64,000 nt of DNA from Enterococcus sp. (GTDB lineage Bacteria; Bacillota; Bacilli; Lactobacillales; Enterococcaceae): assembly GCA_047975385.1 (NCBI GenBank), contig JBKEDL010000073.1, positions 11,719-75,718 of the forward strand, given 5' to 3'. Shown in pieces: positions 1-10,997 of the stretch (position 1 is its first letter; each line of letters starts with the position of its first letter). Below the pieces are notes generated by a model. It saw only the letters and a list, made by a program, of their open reading frames with translations. It did no database searches and was not told the origin of the DNA. A program made the position numbers and the translations under genes.

Positions 1-158
1 AAATTTTAGAAGATTATGAGCGAAAGCTCCATTTATTTTCCGATTATGTGGTTCGTACCCAAATAATCGATGCGTTAAATGATCATGTGACAACAACGTA
101 TCCAAACGATGAAAAATTAGTGGCTTTTAGCCAAAAACTCCAAGAAATTGATGAATAA
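1..158 (+). CDS. ylxM: YlxM-like SRP-associated protein (3' part, truncated by window)
   Basis: Frame 3 reads ILEDYERKLHLFSDY...IDE*, directly upstream of ffh (conserved Firmicutes order). Confidence 0.75.
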   Translation, partial: ILEDYERKLHLFSDYVVRTQIIDALNDHVTTTYPNDEKLVAFSQKLQEIDE

Positions 159-172
159 AGGAATGAAAAACT

Positions 173-1588
173 ATGGCATTTGAAAGTTTAACAGATCGCT
201 TACAACAGGCGATTGGCAAATTACGAAAAAAAGGGAAAATTTCTGAGGCTGATGTCAAAGAGATGATGCGTGAGATTCGTCTAGCGCTTCTTGAAGCCGA
301 TGTAAATTTACAAGTCGTTAAAGAATTCACCAAAAATGTTCGTGAACGAGCTGTTGGTGCCGAAGTATTGGAAAGTTTGTCACCAGCACAACAAGTCGTG
401 AAAATCGTTGATGAAGAATTAACCAAAACATTAGGTTCGGAAACGGTTGGGATTGAAAAATCACCAAAAATTCCAACGGTTATTATGATGGCTGGTTTGC
501 AAGGGGCCGGGAAAACGACCTTTGCTGGTAAATTAGCGAATCACTTAATTAAAAATGAAAAAGCACGGCCATTGATGATTGCCGGTGACGTGTATCGTCC
601 AGCCGCGATTGACCAATTAAAAGTACTCGGTCAACAATTAGAGGTTCCTGTTTTTGATATGGGCACTGATGTGAGTCCTGTCGAAATCGTTCGTCAAGGG
701 ATGGAACTGGCGCGGGAGAAGAAAAATGATTATGTCTTAATCGATACGGCCGGTCGCCTTCACATTGATGAAGCGTTGATGGATGAATTAAAGCAAATCA
801 AAGAAATTGCCCAACCCAATGAAATTCTCTTAGTGGTTGATGCGATGACCGGACAAGATGCGGTGAATGTGGCCGATAGCTTCAATAGCCAACTAGGAAT
901 TACCGGGGTTGTGATTACGAAACTTGATGGTGATACGCGTGGTGGGGCGGCACTATCGATTCGTCAAGTCACCGGAGCACCAATTAAATTTACGGGTACA
1001 GGTGAAAAACTAACCGACTTAGAAATTTTCCATCCAGATCGGATGTCGAGTCGAATCCTTGGCATGGGGGATATGCTAACCCTGATTGAAAAGGCCCAAC
1101 AGGATTACGATGAGAACAAAGCGGCTGAACTGGCTCAGAAGATGAAGGAAAATACCTTTGATTTTAATGACTTTGTTGAACAAATCGATCAAGTTATGGG
1201 AATGGGTCCCATTGAAGATTTATTAAAAATGATTCCGGGAATGAATCAGATGCCGGGCATTGAAAATGTGAAAGTGGATCCTAAACAAATTGCGCGCCAA
1301 AAAGCGATGGTTTCATCAATGACACCAGCGGAGCGCGAAAATCCTGATTTGCTCAATCCAAGTCGTCGCCGGCGAATTGCAGCCGGGTCAGGAAATAGTG
1401 TGGTTGAAGTCAATCGCATGATTAAACAATTCAAAGAAGCTCGAACGATGATGCAAAAAATGTCGAAAGGCGACATGAATATTCCTGGCATGGATCAGAT
1501 GTTTGGCAGTGGGGTTAAAGGGAAAATTAGTAAAATGGCGATGAATCGCATGATGAAAAAAGGGAAGAAAAAGAAAAAACGGAAATAA
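173..1588 (+). CDS. ffh: Signal recognition particle protein Ffh
   Basis: MAFESL N-terminus, GLQGAGKTT, DTAGR, TKLDGD, Met-rich M domain. Confidence 0.98.
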   Translation: MAFESLTDRLQQAIGKLRKKGKISEADVKEMMREIRLALLEADVNLQVVKEFTKNVRERAVGAEVLESLSPAQQVVKIVDEELTKTLGSETVGIEKSPKIPTVIMMAGLQGAGKTTFAGKLANHLIKNEKARPLMIAGDVYRPAAIDQLKVLGQQLEVPVFDMGTDVSPVEIVRQGMELAREKKNDYVLIDTAGRLHIDEALMDELKQIKEIAQPNEILLVVDAMTGQDAVNVADSFNSQLGITGVVITKLDGDTRGGAALSIRQVTGAPIKFTGTGEKLTDLEIFHPDRMSSRILGMGDMLTLIEKAQQDYDENKAAELAQKMKENTFDFNDFVEQIDQVMGMGPIEDLLKMIPGMNQMPGIENVKVDPKQIARQKAMVSSMTPAERENPDLLNPSRRRRIAAGSGNSVVEVNRMIKQFKEARTMMQKMSKGDMNIPGMDQMFGSGVKGKISKMAMNRMMKKGKKKKKRK

Positions 1589-1649
1589 GTTGTGGGGCTG
1601 GGGAACTCCTGAATGGGAGCTCCTCGGCTTTTCTTATTGGAGGGATTAG

Positions 1650-2162
1650 ATGATTCTTGAAACGAAACGTTTAATTTTACGTGAATGGCAAGCCAGCGAA
1701 TGGCGCGAATTAGCTCGCTTTTTACAAGATGAGCGAGTGATGTCAGCTTATGAAGGGGGCTTTAGCGATCAAGAAGTTCAAAAGTGGCTTGCCTGGAATT
1801 TGCAGCTGTATCAAGATTACGGCTATGGTTTATGGGCAATTGTTCGTAAATCAGACAACCAAGTGATTGGCGAATGTGGTTTAACGAACCAACTCATTGA
1901 AGGGAAGTCACATTTAGAAATTGGGTATCATCTCGTTTTTGAAGAGTGGCATCAAGGGTATGCGATTGAAGCGGCACAGGCGGTGAAAGCATACGCCTTT
2001 GACCAGTTACAAGTCAAGCGTGTTTGTTCAACTGTGCGCGATACCAATTTGGCTTCATTAAATGTGGCTATTCGCAACGGGATGGTTATCAAAAAGCGTT
2101 TTATCAAAGTGTATAAAGGGGTCACGATGCCTCATTATTTATTGGAAGTAGAAAGGAAGTAA
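1650..2162 (+). CDS. GNAT (RimJ/RimL-type) N-acetyltransferase
   Basis: LETKRLILR start, EIGY...WHQGYAIEAA, N-x-AS motif. Confidence 0.85.
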   Translation: MILETKRLILREWQASEWRELARFLQDERVMSAYEGGFSDQEVQKWLAWNLQLYQDYGYGLWAIVRKSDNQVIGECGLTNQLIEGKSHLEIGYHLVFEEWHQGYAIEAAQAVKAYAFDQLQVKRVCSTVRDTNLASLNVAIRNGMVIKKRFIKVYKGVTMPHYLLEVERK

Positions 2163-2165
2163 CAC

Positions 2166-2984
2166 ATGGCACAAAAGAAAAAACCACAGAATAAATGGAT
2201 CTGGGGCGCGGTTGTGATTGTCGCTCTCTTATTTGGGGGACAAACGCTAAGTAATATTGAGGATAAGAGTTTTTCAACCTTAGTTGAAGATACCGTCACC
2301 AATATTTTTTCTGATGAAAAAACGGTGAAGTCGAATGCGTCGTCAGCCGATGATTTATTGGCAATTCAGTGGGACCATAACCCAGAACACATGGTGGTTG
2401 AATTAAACAATAATCAACCGACATTCACCCAAGAAGAATTGGCGGTGCCAAGTGCGGATAATGGCTTTTATCAAACGTTATCCCCGCTAGATCAACTCAA
2501 CCGCGTGGGCGTTGCTGATGCGATGTTGGTTGATACGGCGATGCCAACCGAAAAACGCGATGAACGTTTAACGGTGGATCCGACAGGTTGGAAAAACAAA
2601 CAGTATACAGCGACAAACGATGAAGGCAAACAAGTGAAATTAAGTTTGTATAATCGTGGTCATTTGATTGGGTATCAATTTACGGGGTTAAACTCAGAAC
2701 CAAAAAATTTAGCGACCATGACGCGGGTAACCAATGCACCGGTGATGGTCAAATATGAAAATGAAATTGCTGCTTATTTAAAAGAGACCGGCAATCATGT
2801 GCGCTATCGTGTAACCCCAGTCTTTAAAGATGAGGAGCTCGTTGCCCGTGGGTTCCAATTAGAGGCACAATCGATTGAAACGAATGATATTCAATACAAT
2901 CTCTACTTGTTAAATGTTCAAGAAGGTGTGAATATCAATTATCAAGATGGTTCAAGTGTGATTGGTCAAGAGCAAACCTATTAA
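2166..2984 (+). CDS. Membrane-anchored DNA/RNA non-specific endonuclease (EndA-like)
   Basis: N-terminal TM segment; LDQLNR, PTGW, YNRGHLIG, HVRYRVTP motifs. Confidence 0.85.
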   Translation: MAQKKKPQNKWIWGAVVIVALLFGGQTLSNIEDKSFSTLVEDTVTNIFSDEKTVKSNASSADDLLAIQWDHNPEHMVVELNNNQPTFTQEELAVPSADNGFYQTLSPLDQLNRVGVADAMLVDTAMPTEKRDERLTVDPTGWKNKQYTATNDEGKQVKLSLYNRGHLIGYQFTGLNSEPKNLATMTRVTNAPVMVKYENEIAAYLKETGNHVRYRVTPVFKDEELVARGFQLEAQSIETNDIQYNLYLLNVQEGVNINYQDGSSVIGQEQTY

Positions 2985-3002
2985 TTTTTAACATTCGTCA
3001 AT

Positions 3003-3048
3003 AAAAACCAGTAATTCAAAGAGCGAATCTTTGAATTACTGGTTTTTT
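3003..3048. terminator. Bidirectional intrinsic terminator
   Basis: AAAAACCAGTAATTCAAAGA...TCTTTGAATTACTGGTTTTTT between convergent genes. Confidence 0.85.
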
Positions 3049-3067
3049 CTTAGGCATGAGGTCTAGT

Positions 3068-4243
3068 TCATTGTCGTTTTTTTCTATACTGTAACCAAAT
3101 CCTTTTGAGGGGAGTAGAAAAGACGAGACTACCACAAATCAGCGTGATGATGAGTGTTGTTAGGATGGTTGCTCCAAGCGCATAACTTAGCGAAACAGGA
3201 TTTTCAGCTGTTTGATAAAGATATAGTTGCCAAGGTCTGATGAGCGCATTTAGGAGGATGAAAGTGCTATAACTACTCATCACTAACCAGATTGGGAAAC
3301 GGGTACTAGGGTTTAATAAATATTCGCCATCATAATCAAAGGAGATTTTTTTGAATGCGTGACTAGCCAAGCATAATAAGAGTCCGCTTAAGCAAATAAA
3401 GAGTAAGTTGCTGTACCAATGACCACCCGTTTTGCCAATTGTTTCAATGAAGAAAGTGGTACTTGTTTGTCGAAGTACTGAATTGTTAAATAAATCCAGT
3501 GTGGTTGTGATCGCTGTTGGCAATGCGAAGGTCAGATAACAAAAAACAATCAGTGTCAGTGGCCCTAAGACCAGATTTCCAACTAGGCTCCCGATTAAAG
3601 CGCCCGCTGAAAAATAGGTGACCAGTAAAATAAAGTTGCTTAAGGCGGAAACGATTAATTGCGTTAAGGTGGCGTTCATATAAGGTTGTGGAATACCCAT
3701 AAATAAAATCAAAGCATAAAGTAACTGACCAAGTAGGACGCTAGCTAAAAATGGTCCGGCGAGGTAGATGATTTTCTGCCAAAAAATTTGGCTTCGTGTT
3801 ACTGCTAAGGAAAAAAGCCAACGCGTAAAACCGGTCTTATGATCAATAAAAAAGAGCAAGAAGCCAGCTAAAGGGACAATTAGTAAGCAGAGTTCCGTAA
3901 TCCCAGTACTCGTATTAGTATAATACAAATAATTGGCGTTATACTCTGAGGCAGAGGGTGTCGCGCCGAGTGATGATTGGTAAACGCTGAGATTCGCCTT
4001 TTGGAATTTTTGGAAATTACGATAAGGCCGGTCGCGTTCTTGTTGTTCATCCCAATAAGTGAATTGATCAGGATGAGCGTCAAAATCAGCGCGCAAGGTT
4101 GAATCGTTTTGCTGATAAGAGTTAGCAAAGTGGTGCCACGTGTTGACACTGAGGTAGCCACTATAAAGATAGATTCCTAAAATTAGAAGTATCATGGCGC
4201 AGAGAACTTTTAGATAGCGTTGGTAATAGAGTTTTTTTAACAT
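3068..4243 (-). CDS. ABC transporter permease
   Basis: Multiple TM helices; downstream of ABC ATPase. Confidence 0.75.
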   Translation of the reverse strand: MLKKLYYQRYLKVLCAMILLILGIYLYSGYLSVNTWHHFANSYQQNDSTLRADFDAHPDQFTYWDEQQERDRPYRNFQKFQKANLSVYQSSLGATPSASEYNANYLYYTNTSTGITELCLLIVPLAGFLLFFIDHKTGFTRWLFSLAVTRSQIFWQKIIYLAGPFLASVLLGQLLYALILFMGIPQPYMNATLTQLIVSALSNFILLVTYFSAGALIGSLVGNLVLGPLTLIVFCYLTFALPTAITTTLDLFNNSVLRQTSTTFFIETIGKTGGHWYSNLLFICLSGLLLCLASHAFKKISFDYDGEYLLNPSTRFPIWLVMSSYSTFILLNALIRPWQLYLYQTAENPVSLSYALGATILTTLIITLICGSLVFSTPLKRIWLQYRKKRQ

Positions 4244-4257
4244 ATCAAGTTCCTTTC

Positions 4258-5133
4258 TTAATAAATAGCCTCTTGATTTAAAGTGGCTTCAAACAAATCT
4301 TCTAGTGATAAAGGCAATTCTTCCAATAATAGTGGCTGCAAAGCTGTAATTTCAGTTGCCAGTTCGGGCGTATAATTCTCAAAAACAGCAACAATTACCC
4401 GACCGCGGCGTTGCATAATTTTGGCGTTTGCTGTGATTTGTTCAGGAATATGTTTTGTTTTAAATACTAGTTGGAGTTTTTTGGCTTGTGCGCGCATCTC
4501 ATCTAGCGAATATTCTTTACTGATTGTCGTATCTTTTAAAATTAATGCCCGATCGATAAGCCCTTCTAATTCAACCAAGTTATGTGAAGCGATTAACGCG
4601 CAGTGCTTACCGGTGCTAATATGTTCTAATAAAAGGCGAATGACCTGTTTACGCACAATGACGTCTAAGCCATCAAAAGGTTCGTCTAATAGCAGGTAAG
4701 GCGCATTGGAACAAATTGCCAAAATCATTTGAAACAGTCCTTGCATTCCCTTAGATAATTTCTTATAAGTGGAATGAAGCGGTAAATGATGTTGGTGGGT
4801 AAGTTCTAGAAATAAATCTTGATTAAAGGTTTTATAAGCTGTGCGATAAAAAATGCCGATTTTTTTTAAGCTATAAGAGCCGAGAAAATGTTCCTTTTCA
4901 TCGATGTAAAAAAGTTGATTTTTTAATTGTTCGTGACTTAAAAGTGATGTCCCTTGAATGCGGATGTCGCCGCTATCTAGTAAGTAATGCCCACTTAAAC
5001 TGCGAAAAAGCGTCGTTTTTCCTGAGCCGTTGCGGCCGATTAAACCAACGATTTCACCTAGTGGTAAAGTAAAATTGACATTCGTTAAGATTGGCGTTTG
5101 ATTGATGGTTTTGTTTAGCTGTTTGATATTCAC
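4258..5133 (-). CDS. ABC transporter ATP-binding protein (YtrB-like)
   Basis: GRNGSGKTT, LSKGM, LLLDEPF; GTG start overlaps GntR stop. Confidence 0.92.
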   Translation of the reverse strand: MNIKQLNKTINQTPILTNVNFTLPLGEIVGLIGRNGSGKTTLFRSLSGHYLLDSGDIRIQGTSLLSHEQLKNQLFYIDEKEHFLGSYSLKKIGIFYRTAYKTFNQDLFLELTHQHHLPLHSTYKKLSKGMQGLFQMILAICSNAPYLLLDEPFDGLDVIVRKQVIRLLLEHISTGKHCALIASHNLVELEGLIDRALILKDTTISKEYSLDEMRAQAKKLQLVFKTKHIPEQITANAKIMQRRGRVIVAVFENYTPELATEITALQPLLLEELPLSLEDLFEATLNQEAIY

Positions 5134-5516
5134 GTAGCGGGACCTCCTTGATTTTGATGAGTCGCGTTGATCCAAGTCTGGAGTTCTTCGGGACTAACCT
5201 TTAAGTGATAAGCTTCAATCATTAAGGCATCAAAGCGTTCCTTTAGTTGAGCAATCCGCATTTCATCTCTTGGAAGTGTCGCGGTATTTTTGACAAAGGT
5301 TCCTTTCCCTTTGACGGTTACTAAGACTTGTTCGGCTTCTAATAATTTATAAGCTTTACTGACGGTGTTGGGATTCATCAGGAGTTCTTTGGCCATCTCG
5401 CGTACGGAAGGTAGGCGTTCGCCAGCACTTAACACGCCGAGAGAAATCTCTTCTTTGATCCCTAAGACTAGTTGCTCATAGTACGGTTTACTATTATTTT
5501 TATCAATGGTCACCAA
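5130..5516 (-). CDS. GntR/YtrA-family regulator
   Basis: LPSVREMA...NPNTVSKAY...KGKGTFV; short, ahead of ABC genes. Confidence 0.92.
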   Translation of the reverse strand: MVTIDKNNSKPYYEQLVLGIKEEISLGVLSAGERLPSVREMAKELLMNPNTVSKAYKLLEAEQVLVTVKGKGTFVKNTATLPRDEMRIAQLKERFDALMIEAYHLKVSPEELQTWINATHQNQGGPAT

Positions 5517-5547
5517 TGTAACGTACTCCTTTCTGCTATATCTCCAC

Positions 5548-5570
5548 GTGTACTATTATACGTAGTACAC
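5548..5570. promoter_or_regulatory. YtrA-type operator palindrome
   Basis: GTGTACTA-N7-TAGTACAC upstream of the GntR gene. Confidence 0.7.
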
Positions 5571-5619
5571 TTTAAAAAGCAACATTTTTTATTTTTTTTG
5601 GTAAAATAAAGGCAAAGGA

Positions 5620-6204
5620 GTGGCGCAGATGAAACGTTGTGATTGGGCAGAAAGTAATGAAAAAATGCAAAGGTATCATGATGATATTTGGGGGAAACCG
5701 GAGTATTCTGATCAGCAATTGTTCCGCAAATTAATTTTGGAGTTGAATCAAGCCGGTCTTAGTTGGCAGACGATTTTAAACAAGATGGCACGTTTCGATG
5801 AAGCGTATGAGCATTTTGACATTGAAAAAGTAGCGAACTTCTCGGAAGAAAAACTTGAAGAACTGATGCAAAATCCGGGCGTGATTCGTCATCGGAAAAA
5901 GATTGAAGCGGCAATTGTGAATGCGCAAAAAGTCTTGGAAATTCAAGCCAGTGGAATTAGTTTTGCCAATTTTTTATGGGAATATGTCGATTTTCAACCA
6001 ATTAATCACCAGTGTCAGAGGATGAGTGAGGTGCCAGCGACCAATCAAGTCTCCGAGCAATTAGCCAAAGATTTGAAGAAAATGGGCTTTAAGTTTGTCG
6101 GCAGTACGACGATTTATGCGTTCATGCAAGCTGTCGGGATGATTAATGATCATCTAGTGACCTGTCCGTGTTATCAAAAAGTAAAGGAGAAAGCGAATGC
6201 GTAA
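5620..6204 (+). CDS. tag: DNA-3-methyladenine glycosylase I
   Basis: RCDW, YHDDIWG, QAGLSW, GFKFVG, NDHLVTC. Confidence 0.95.
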   Translation: MAQMKRCDWAESNEKMQRYHDDIWGKPEYSDQQLFRKLILELNQAGLSWQTILNKMARFDEAYEHFDIEKVANFSEEKLEELMQNPGVIRHRKKIEAAIVNAQKVLEIQASGISFANFLWEYVDFQPINHQCQRMSEVPATNQVSEQLAKDLKKMGFKFVGSTTIYAFMQAVGMINDHLVTCPCYQKVKEKANA

Positions 6205-6727
6205 ATTAATTTTTTATGGGGCAATTAGTTTGGATGGTTATTTAGCTACTCAAAATGATAACTTGCAGTGGTTATTTGATACGGACTTGGCAGGGACGAG
6301 TACGTATGATACATTTATCACAACTGTCGATACCGTGGTGATGGGGCGCAAAACTTTTGAGGAAGCGCAAAAATTAATGCCCGATCAAGTTCTTTATCCG
6401 GACAAAACCGTGATTGTTTTTTCACGAACACCGCATCAGGCTGTCGCGCATGAAAGCTGGTGTCAAGAAGAGGTCGTTTCCTATTTGACTAACTTAAAGA
6501 AGCAAAAAGGGGCTGATATTTGGTTTGTTGGTGGGGGGAATTTATTGAAACCAGTTTTAGAAGCAGACTTAATCGATGAATGGTATGTGCAAGTTGCACC
6601 GGTTTTGTTAGGTCGAGGGAAGTCTTTATTTGAGCCAGGGGATTATAATCAACGTCTGGAAATGTTAGCGGTTGTTCAAATGGGAGAGTTAACAGAATTG
6701 CATTTAGCTAAAAAAAAGGAGAACTGA
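6197..6727 (+). CDS. Dihydrofolate reductase/RibD-C family protein
   Basis: SLDGY, MGRKTF, VGGG, APVLLGRG. Confidence 0.85.
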   Translation: MRKLIFYGAISLDGYLATQNDNLQWLFDTDLAGTSTYDTFITTVDTVVMGRKTFEEAQKLMPDQVLYPDKTVIVFSRTPHQAVAHESWCQEEVVSYLTNLKKQKGADIWFVGGGNLLKPVLEADLIDEWYVQVAPVLLGRGKSLFEPGDYNQRLEMLAVVQMGELTELHLAKKKEN

Positions 6728-6729
6728 TT

Positions 6730-7239
6730 TTGAAACATTCAGCTTTAGTGATTATTGATTTACAACGAGGAATCAAAGGGTTGTTTAAGAAGGTTCAACC
6801 ATACACTTGGGAGCAAGTTTTAACCAACAATGAGCAACTGATTCAAAAATTTATTAGTCATGGGGCACCGATTTATTTAGTGAGCGTGCAACCGTCATTT
6901 TTTCCAGGCGCGATGAAGCAGAAATTTGGATCGTTGCTGTTAGCAGAAAAAAGAACATCGCCACTGATTAAATCCGTCATAAAAACGGGGCCGAGTATGT
7001 TTGGGAATTCTACTTATGATTTGGCCAAAGAATTAAGCGAACAAGGGATTAAGGAAATTTTTTTAACCGGTGTTTCTACCAGTAATGGTGTGTTGAAAAC
7101 GGCAAAAGACGGCCAGAAACTAGGGTTTGACATTTCAATTATAGAAGATGCTTGTAGCGATCGTAAACGTGCAAGCCATGATCAAAGTATCGAACAACTT
7201 GCCCAGTTTGCTAAAATTTGCCAAACAACTGATTTTTAA
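6730..7239 (+). CDS. Isochorismatase/cysteine hydrolase family protein
   Basis: ALVIIDLQ, LTGVSTSNGV, EDACSD. Confidence 0.8.
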   Translation: MKHSALVIIDLQRGIKGLFKKVQPYTWEQVLTNNEQLIQKFISHGAPIYLVSVQPSFFPGAMKQKFGSLLLAEKRTSPLIKSVIKTGPSMFGNSTYDLAKELSEQGIKEIFLTGVSTSNGVLKTAKDGQKLGFDISIIEDACSDRKRASHDQSIEQLAQFAKICQTTDF

Positions 7240-7287
7240 TAAAAAAGCATGCACGTTTCTGATGAGAGACATGCATGCTTTTGTCGT

Positions 7288-7839
7288 TTAGCTATTTTTT
7301 ACGAGAAATTCGAGATATTTATCAAGGATGGTTTGAAAGAAGTTGGTGGTTTTGTCAGTAAATTCACCATTATCTGCTAGTAGATTGGGTACGTGGCCGA
7401 TATACGCTTCTGGTTGTTGCAGTGTAGGCATATTTAAAAAGACTAATGATTGGCGTAAAACATGGTTGGCGCCAAAGCCTGAAATTGCTCCAGGTGAGAC
7501 TGAAACTACAAGGGCTGGTTTTTCCTCCCAGATACTAGCGCCATAAGGGCGAGAGCCAACGTCGAGGGCATTTTTAATCGTCGCTGGAATCGAGCGGTTA
7601 TATTCGGGCGTGAAGAATAAGACACCTGTTACTTCGGTTAGCTCTTGACGAAATCTGGTCCAACTTTCAGGGACTAATCCATCGCTTTCTAAATCTTCAT
7701 TGTAGTAGGGGAGGTCGTCGATTTTGATAATTCGTGCTTCGTATTCTTGGGGAAGGCGGGAGATAAATGCTTGTGCCACTTGTCGAGTATAGGAATCCTT
7801 ACGTAAACTACCAATGATAATTGCTAATTTTTGTGTCAT
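7288..7839 (-). CDS. NADPH-dependent FMN reductase (ChrR-like)
   Basis: GSLRKDS, TPEYNRSIP, KNALD. Confidence 0.9.
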   Translation of the reverse strand: MTQKLAIIIGSLRKDSYTRQVAQAFISRLPQEYEARIIKIDDLPYYNEDLESDGLVPESWTRFRQELTEVTGVLFFTPEYNRSIPATIKNALDVGSRPYGASIWEEKPALVVSVSPGAISGFGANHVLRQSLVFLNMPTLQQPEAYIGHVPNLLADNGEFTDKTTNFFQTILDKYLEFLVKNS

Positions 7840-8002
7840 AATTACTTCCTCCTAATTCATTTTACTAATTAATAGTAAGTGAAAGCGTTGGAAAATGCAA
7901 CTATTTGGATTATTTTTACCCTGTAAAGAAAAAACTCTTTACAGGGCAAAGAATCCTTGCTATACTACTTCTTGTGATTAATTAATTGGAGGTGTATTTG
8001 TA

Positions 8003-8278
8003 ATGGCAGTAAAAATCCGTTTAAAACGTATGGGTTCTAAAAAGAGTCCTTTTTACCGTATTGTAGTAGCTGATTCACGTTCTCCTCGTGATGGACGTTT
8101 CATCGAAACAGTAGGTACTTACAACCCGTTGAAAGACCCAGCAGAAGTAACACTTAAAGAAGACTTAGTCCTTGACTGGTTATCTAAAGGTGCGCAACCT
8201 TCTGATACAGTTCGTAACTTACTTTCTAACGAAGGTGTTATGAAGAAACATCACGAAGCTAAATTCACTAAGAAATAA
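8003..8278 (+). CDS. rpsP: 30S ribosomal protein S16
   Basis: [11 protein letters not shown]...RDGRFIE. Confidence 0.99.
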   Translation: MAVKIRLKRMGSKKSPFYRIVVADSRSPRDGRFIETVGTYNPLKDPAEVTLKEDLVLDWLSKGAQPSDTVRNLLSNEGVMKKHHEAKFTKK

Positions 8279-8289
8279 GAGGGACACTG

Positions 8290-8550
8290 ATGACAGATTT
8301 GAAAGATTTAGTCTTAACGATCGTACGTCCATTAGTTACTAATCCTGAAGCAATCACGCTTGAAGTGGTTGAATCAGCTGATTTCTTTGAATATAACTTG
8401 TCAGTTGCTCCGGAAGATATTGGTCGCATCATTGGTAAACAAGGTCGGGTGGCCAAAGCCATCCGAACAATCGTTTACGGTGTGCGTACAGATGGGCCTA
8501 AGAAGGTTCGTTTGAATATCTTAGATGGTCAAGCAACACAAAAACACTGA
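8290..8550 (+). CDS. khpA: KH-domain RNA-binding protein
   Basis: GRIIGKQG KH motif; follows rpsP. Confidence 0.93.
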   Translation: MTDLKDLVLTIVRPLVTNPEAITLEVVESADFFEYNLSVAPEDIGRIIGKQGRVAKAIRTIVYGVRTDGPKKVRLNILDGQATQKH

Positions 8551-8659
8551 GACTTTGGTTTCAGTGTTTTTTTTAGTTAAAATTTTGTAAAATCAGTCGG
8601 GAGATGGAGGAATAGTTGCTCGTTTTCATAGATAATAGTGTCTAAGGGAGGTTTAGCTA

Positions 8660-8923
8660 ATGATCCAATTACTAGTTTGGTTAGCAATAATTATGATTGC
8701 AATTTTTATCTTCCGAATTGGCGCTTTCCTATGGCGAGTTCTAGGGGTATTCTTGATAGTCTTTTTGTTATGGGTCTTTAAAGATGATTTGATTTACCAA
8801 GTGAATCATTTCGCGGCGACTTTTGATACGAATGATTTGAGTGAATTTTTCAACAGAATTTGGGAAGGGTTCAAAACGTTAATTACGGGGATCGTTCAAT
8901 TTATCCAAAATTTATTTGCTTAA
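8660..8923 (+). CDS. Small hypothetical membrane protein
   Basis: GGGAGG RBS, two hydrophobic helices. Confidence 0.65.
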   Translation: MIQLLVWLAIIMIAIFIFRIGAFLWRVLGVFLIVFLLWVFKDDLIYQVNHFAATFDTNDLSEFFNRIWEGFKTLITGIVQFIQNLFA

Positions 8924-9105
8924 TCTTAAAGGTGAAGAGCTAAGGCGACTTGATGTCTTAGCTCTTTTGTTATGCCAATAATGAACGTCGAACGGATTTA
9001 AAATTATCGAAGGAGTAGCAAGCATAAAAAGAGACTCAAATCATAGAATTAACCCGATAAGCATGCTAAAATGGTCAAAGAATAAAGAAAAAGCGAGGAA
9101 AAATA

Positions 9106-9630
9106 GTGACTGAATATTTAAATGTAGGCAAAATTGTCAATACCCATGGGATTCGGGGAGAAGTTCGTGTGATTTCACAGACCGATTTTCCCGAACAACG
9201 CTACCAAAAAGGTGCCCAATTAATCCTTTTTCGTGAAGGAAAAGCCCCACTAACATTAATCGTGAGTGGTCATCGAAAACATAAAAACTTTGATTTGGTA
9301 ACTTTTGAAGGCTATCCTAATATCAATGATGTGCAAGCCTTTCGTGATGGCATTTTAAAAGTATCAAAAGAAGATTTAGCGGATCTTTACGAAGATGAGT
9401 ATTATTACCATGAAATTATTGGCTTAGAAGTTCTCAAGGAAGACGAAACAGTCTTAGGAAAAGTCAAAGAAATTTTATCACCTGGCGCCAATGATGTTTG
9501 GGTGGTCCAACGTAAAGGCAAAAAAGATGCCTTAATTCCGTATATCGCCTCTGTCGTCAAAGAGATTGATTTGGAAAATGGTATTGTGCATGTGGAAATT
9601 CCTGAAGGGTTGTTAGACGATGAGAATTGA
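9106..9630 (+). CDS. rimM: 16S rRNA processing protein RimM
   Basis: [25 protein letters not shown]. Confidence 0.97.
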   Translation: MTEYLNVGKIVNTHGIRGEVRVISQTDFPEQRYQKGAQLILFREGKAPLTLIVSGHRKHKNFDLVTFEGYPNINDVQAFRDGILKVSKEDLADLYEDEYYYHEIIGLEVLKEDETVLGKVKEILSPGANDVWVVQRKGKKDALIPYIASVVKEIDLENGIVHVEIPEGLLDDEN

Positions 9631-10357
9631 TGTCCTAACCCTTTTTCCCAGAATGTTTGATGGACCGATGGGTGAGTCAATCATCGGGAAAGCCCGAGAG
9701 AAACAGCTGTTAGAGATGCATGTCTCTAATTTCCGTGATTTTTCAGATCATAAGCATCAAGCCGTCGATGATTATCCTTATGGTGGTGGGGCTGGAATGC
9801 TGTTAAAAGCGCAACCAGTCTTTGACAATCTAAAAAACATTGAAGTAGAAACGCCAAGCACGAAAAAACGAGTTATCTTATTAGATCCTGCGGGCAAAAA
9901 ATTCGACCAAAAAATGGCTGAAGAGTTTTCGCAAGAAGAACACTTAGTTTTCATCTGTGGTCATTATGAAGGTTATGACGAACGCATTCGCACACTAGTG
10001 ACCGATGAAGTTTCATTAGGCGATTACGTCTTAACGGGTGGCGAACTAGGAGCAATGGTGATGATTGATGCGACAGTTCGTTTGTTACCAGAAGTCTTAG
10101 GTAATAACTTGTCAGCTCAAACGGACTCGCATTCGACTGGTCTGTTAGAACACCCACAGTACACGCGTCCGGCAGAATATAACGGCATGAAAGTCCCTGA
10201 AGTCTTAACGAATGGCAATCATAAATTGATTGAACAATGGCAATTAAAAGAGTCGTTACGAAGAACCTATTTACGTCGTCCAGACATGTTAGCCGCACTT
10301 GAACTAACACCAGAAATGAAAAAAATGTTAAAAGAGATTAAGGCTGAGGAAATTTAA
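9620..10357 (+). CDS. trmD: tRNA (guanine37-N1)-methyltransferase
   Basis: [32 protein letters not shown]. Confidence 0.99.
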   Translation: MRIDVLTLFPRMFDGPMGESIIGKAREKQLLEMHVSNFRDFSDHKHQAVDDYPYGGGAGMLLKAQPVFDNLKNIEVETPSTKKRVILLDPAGKKFDQKMAEEFSQEEHLVFICGHYEGYDERIRTLVTDEVSLGDYVLTGGELGAMVMIDATVRLLPEVLGNNLSAQTDSHSTGLLEHPQYTRPAEYNGMKVPEVLTNGNHKLIEQWQLKESLRRTYLRRPDMLAALELTPEMKKMLKEIKAEEI

Positions 10358-10434
10358 GTCGCTATCAAGAAAATTTTCTTTACACCTTATCAGGCTTGTG
10401 GTAATATATTTTGGTGAGTGAAAAGCTCAACTAT

Positions 10435-10475
10435 TACGATATTCCGCTGAAGCAAAAAGCTTTAAGAATGTTTGG
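10435..10475 (+). ncRNA. L19 leader (putative autoregulatory RNA)
   Basis: ACGATATTCCGCTG...TAAGAATGT just upstream of rplS resembles the Firmicutes L19 leader. Confidence 0.7.
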
Positions 10476-10495
10476 GAATAAGGAGAATGATAAAT

Positions 10496-10843
10496 ATGAA
10501 TCCATTGATTCAAGCATTAACAGAAGGTCAATTACGTACTGATATCCCAGCTTTCCGTCCTGGGGACACTGTCCGCGTTCACGCGAAAGTTGTCGAAGGA
10601 ACTCGCGAACGTATCCAGTTATTTGAAGGTGTTGTAATCAAACGCCGCGGTGCTGGTATCAGCGAAACTTACACTGTACGTAAAGTATCAAATGGTGTCG
10701 GTGTGGAACGTACTTTCCCATTACACACGCCACGTGTTGCGAAACTAGAAGTTGTCCGCTTCGGTAAAGTTCGTCGTGCGAAATTGTACTACTTACGTGC
10801 ATTACACGGAAAAGCAGCTCGTATCAAAGAAATTAGAAGATAA
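10496..10843 (+). CDS. rplS: 50S ribosomal protein L19 (last codons supplied by the ICE)
   Basis: [28 protein letters not shown]. Confidence 0.99.
   Translation: MNPLIQALTEGQLRTDIPAFRPGDTVRVHAKVVEGTRERIQLFEGVVIKRRGAGISETYTVRKVSNGVGVERTFPLHTPRVAKLEVVRFGKVRRAKLYYLRALHGKAARIKEIRR
10821..10833 (+). repeat. att core at the rplS end
   Basis: GTATCAAAGAAAT, identical to 62480-62492. Confidence 0.93.
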
Positions 10844-10878
10844 TAACGGAAAAAATCCTAAAATCTCTAAAATCTGTG

Positions 10879-10913
10879 AAAAGTCCTTGTATATCAAGGG
10901 CTTTTTCTTTTTT
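10879..10913 (+). terminator. ICE-supplied rplS terminator/insulator
   Basis: AAAAGTCCTTG-TATAT-CAAGGGCTTTT plus T tract. Confidence 0.8.
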
Positions 10914-10997
10914 CTCTATCACAGTTTTAAGCCTGAATTGGCTGTTTTGGACCATTTTTTACTCATATTCCCCTAGAATGTCCTAGATTGTCCGATA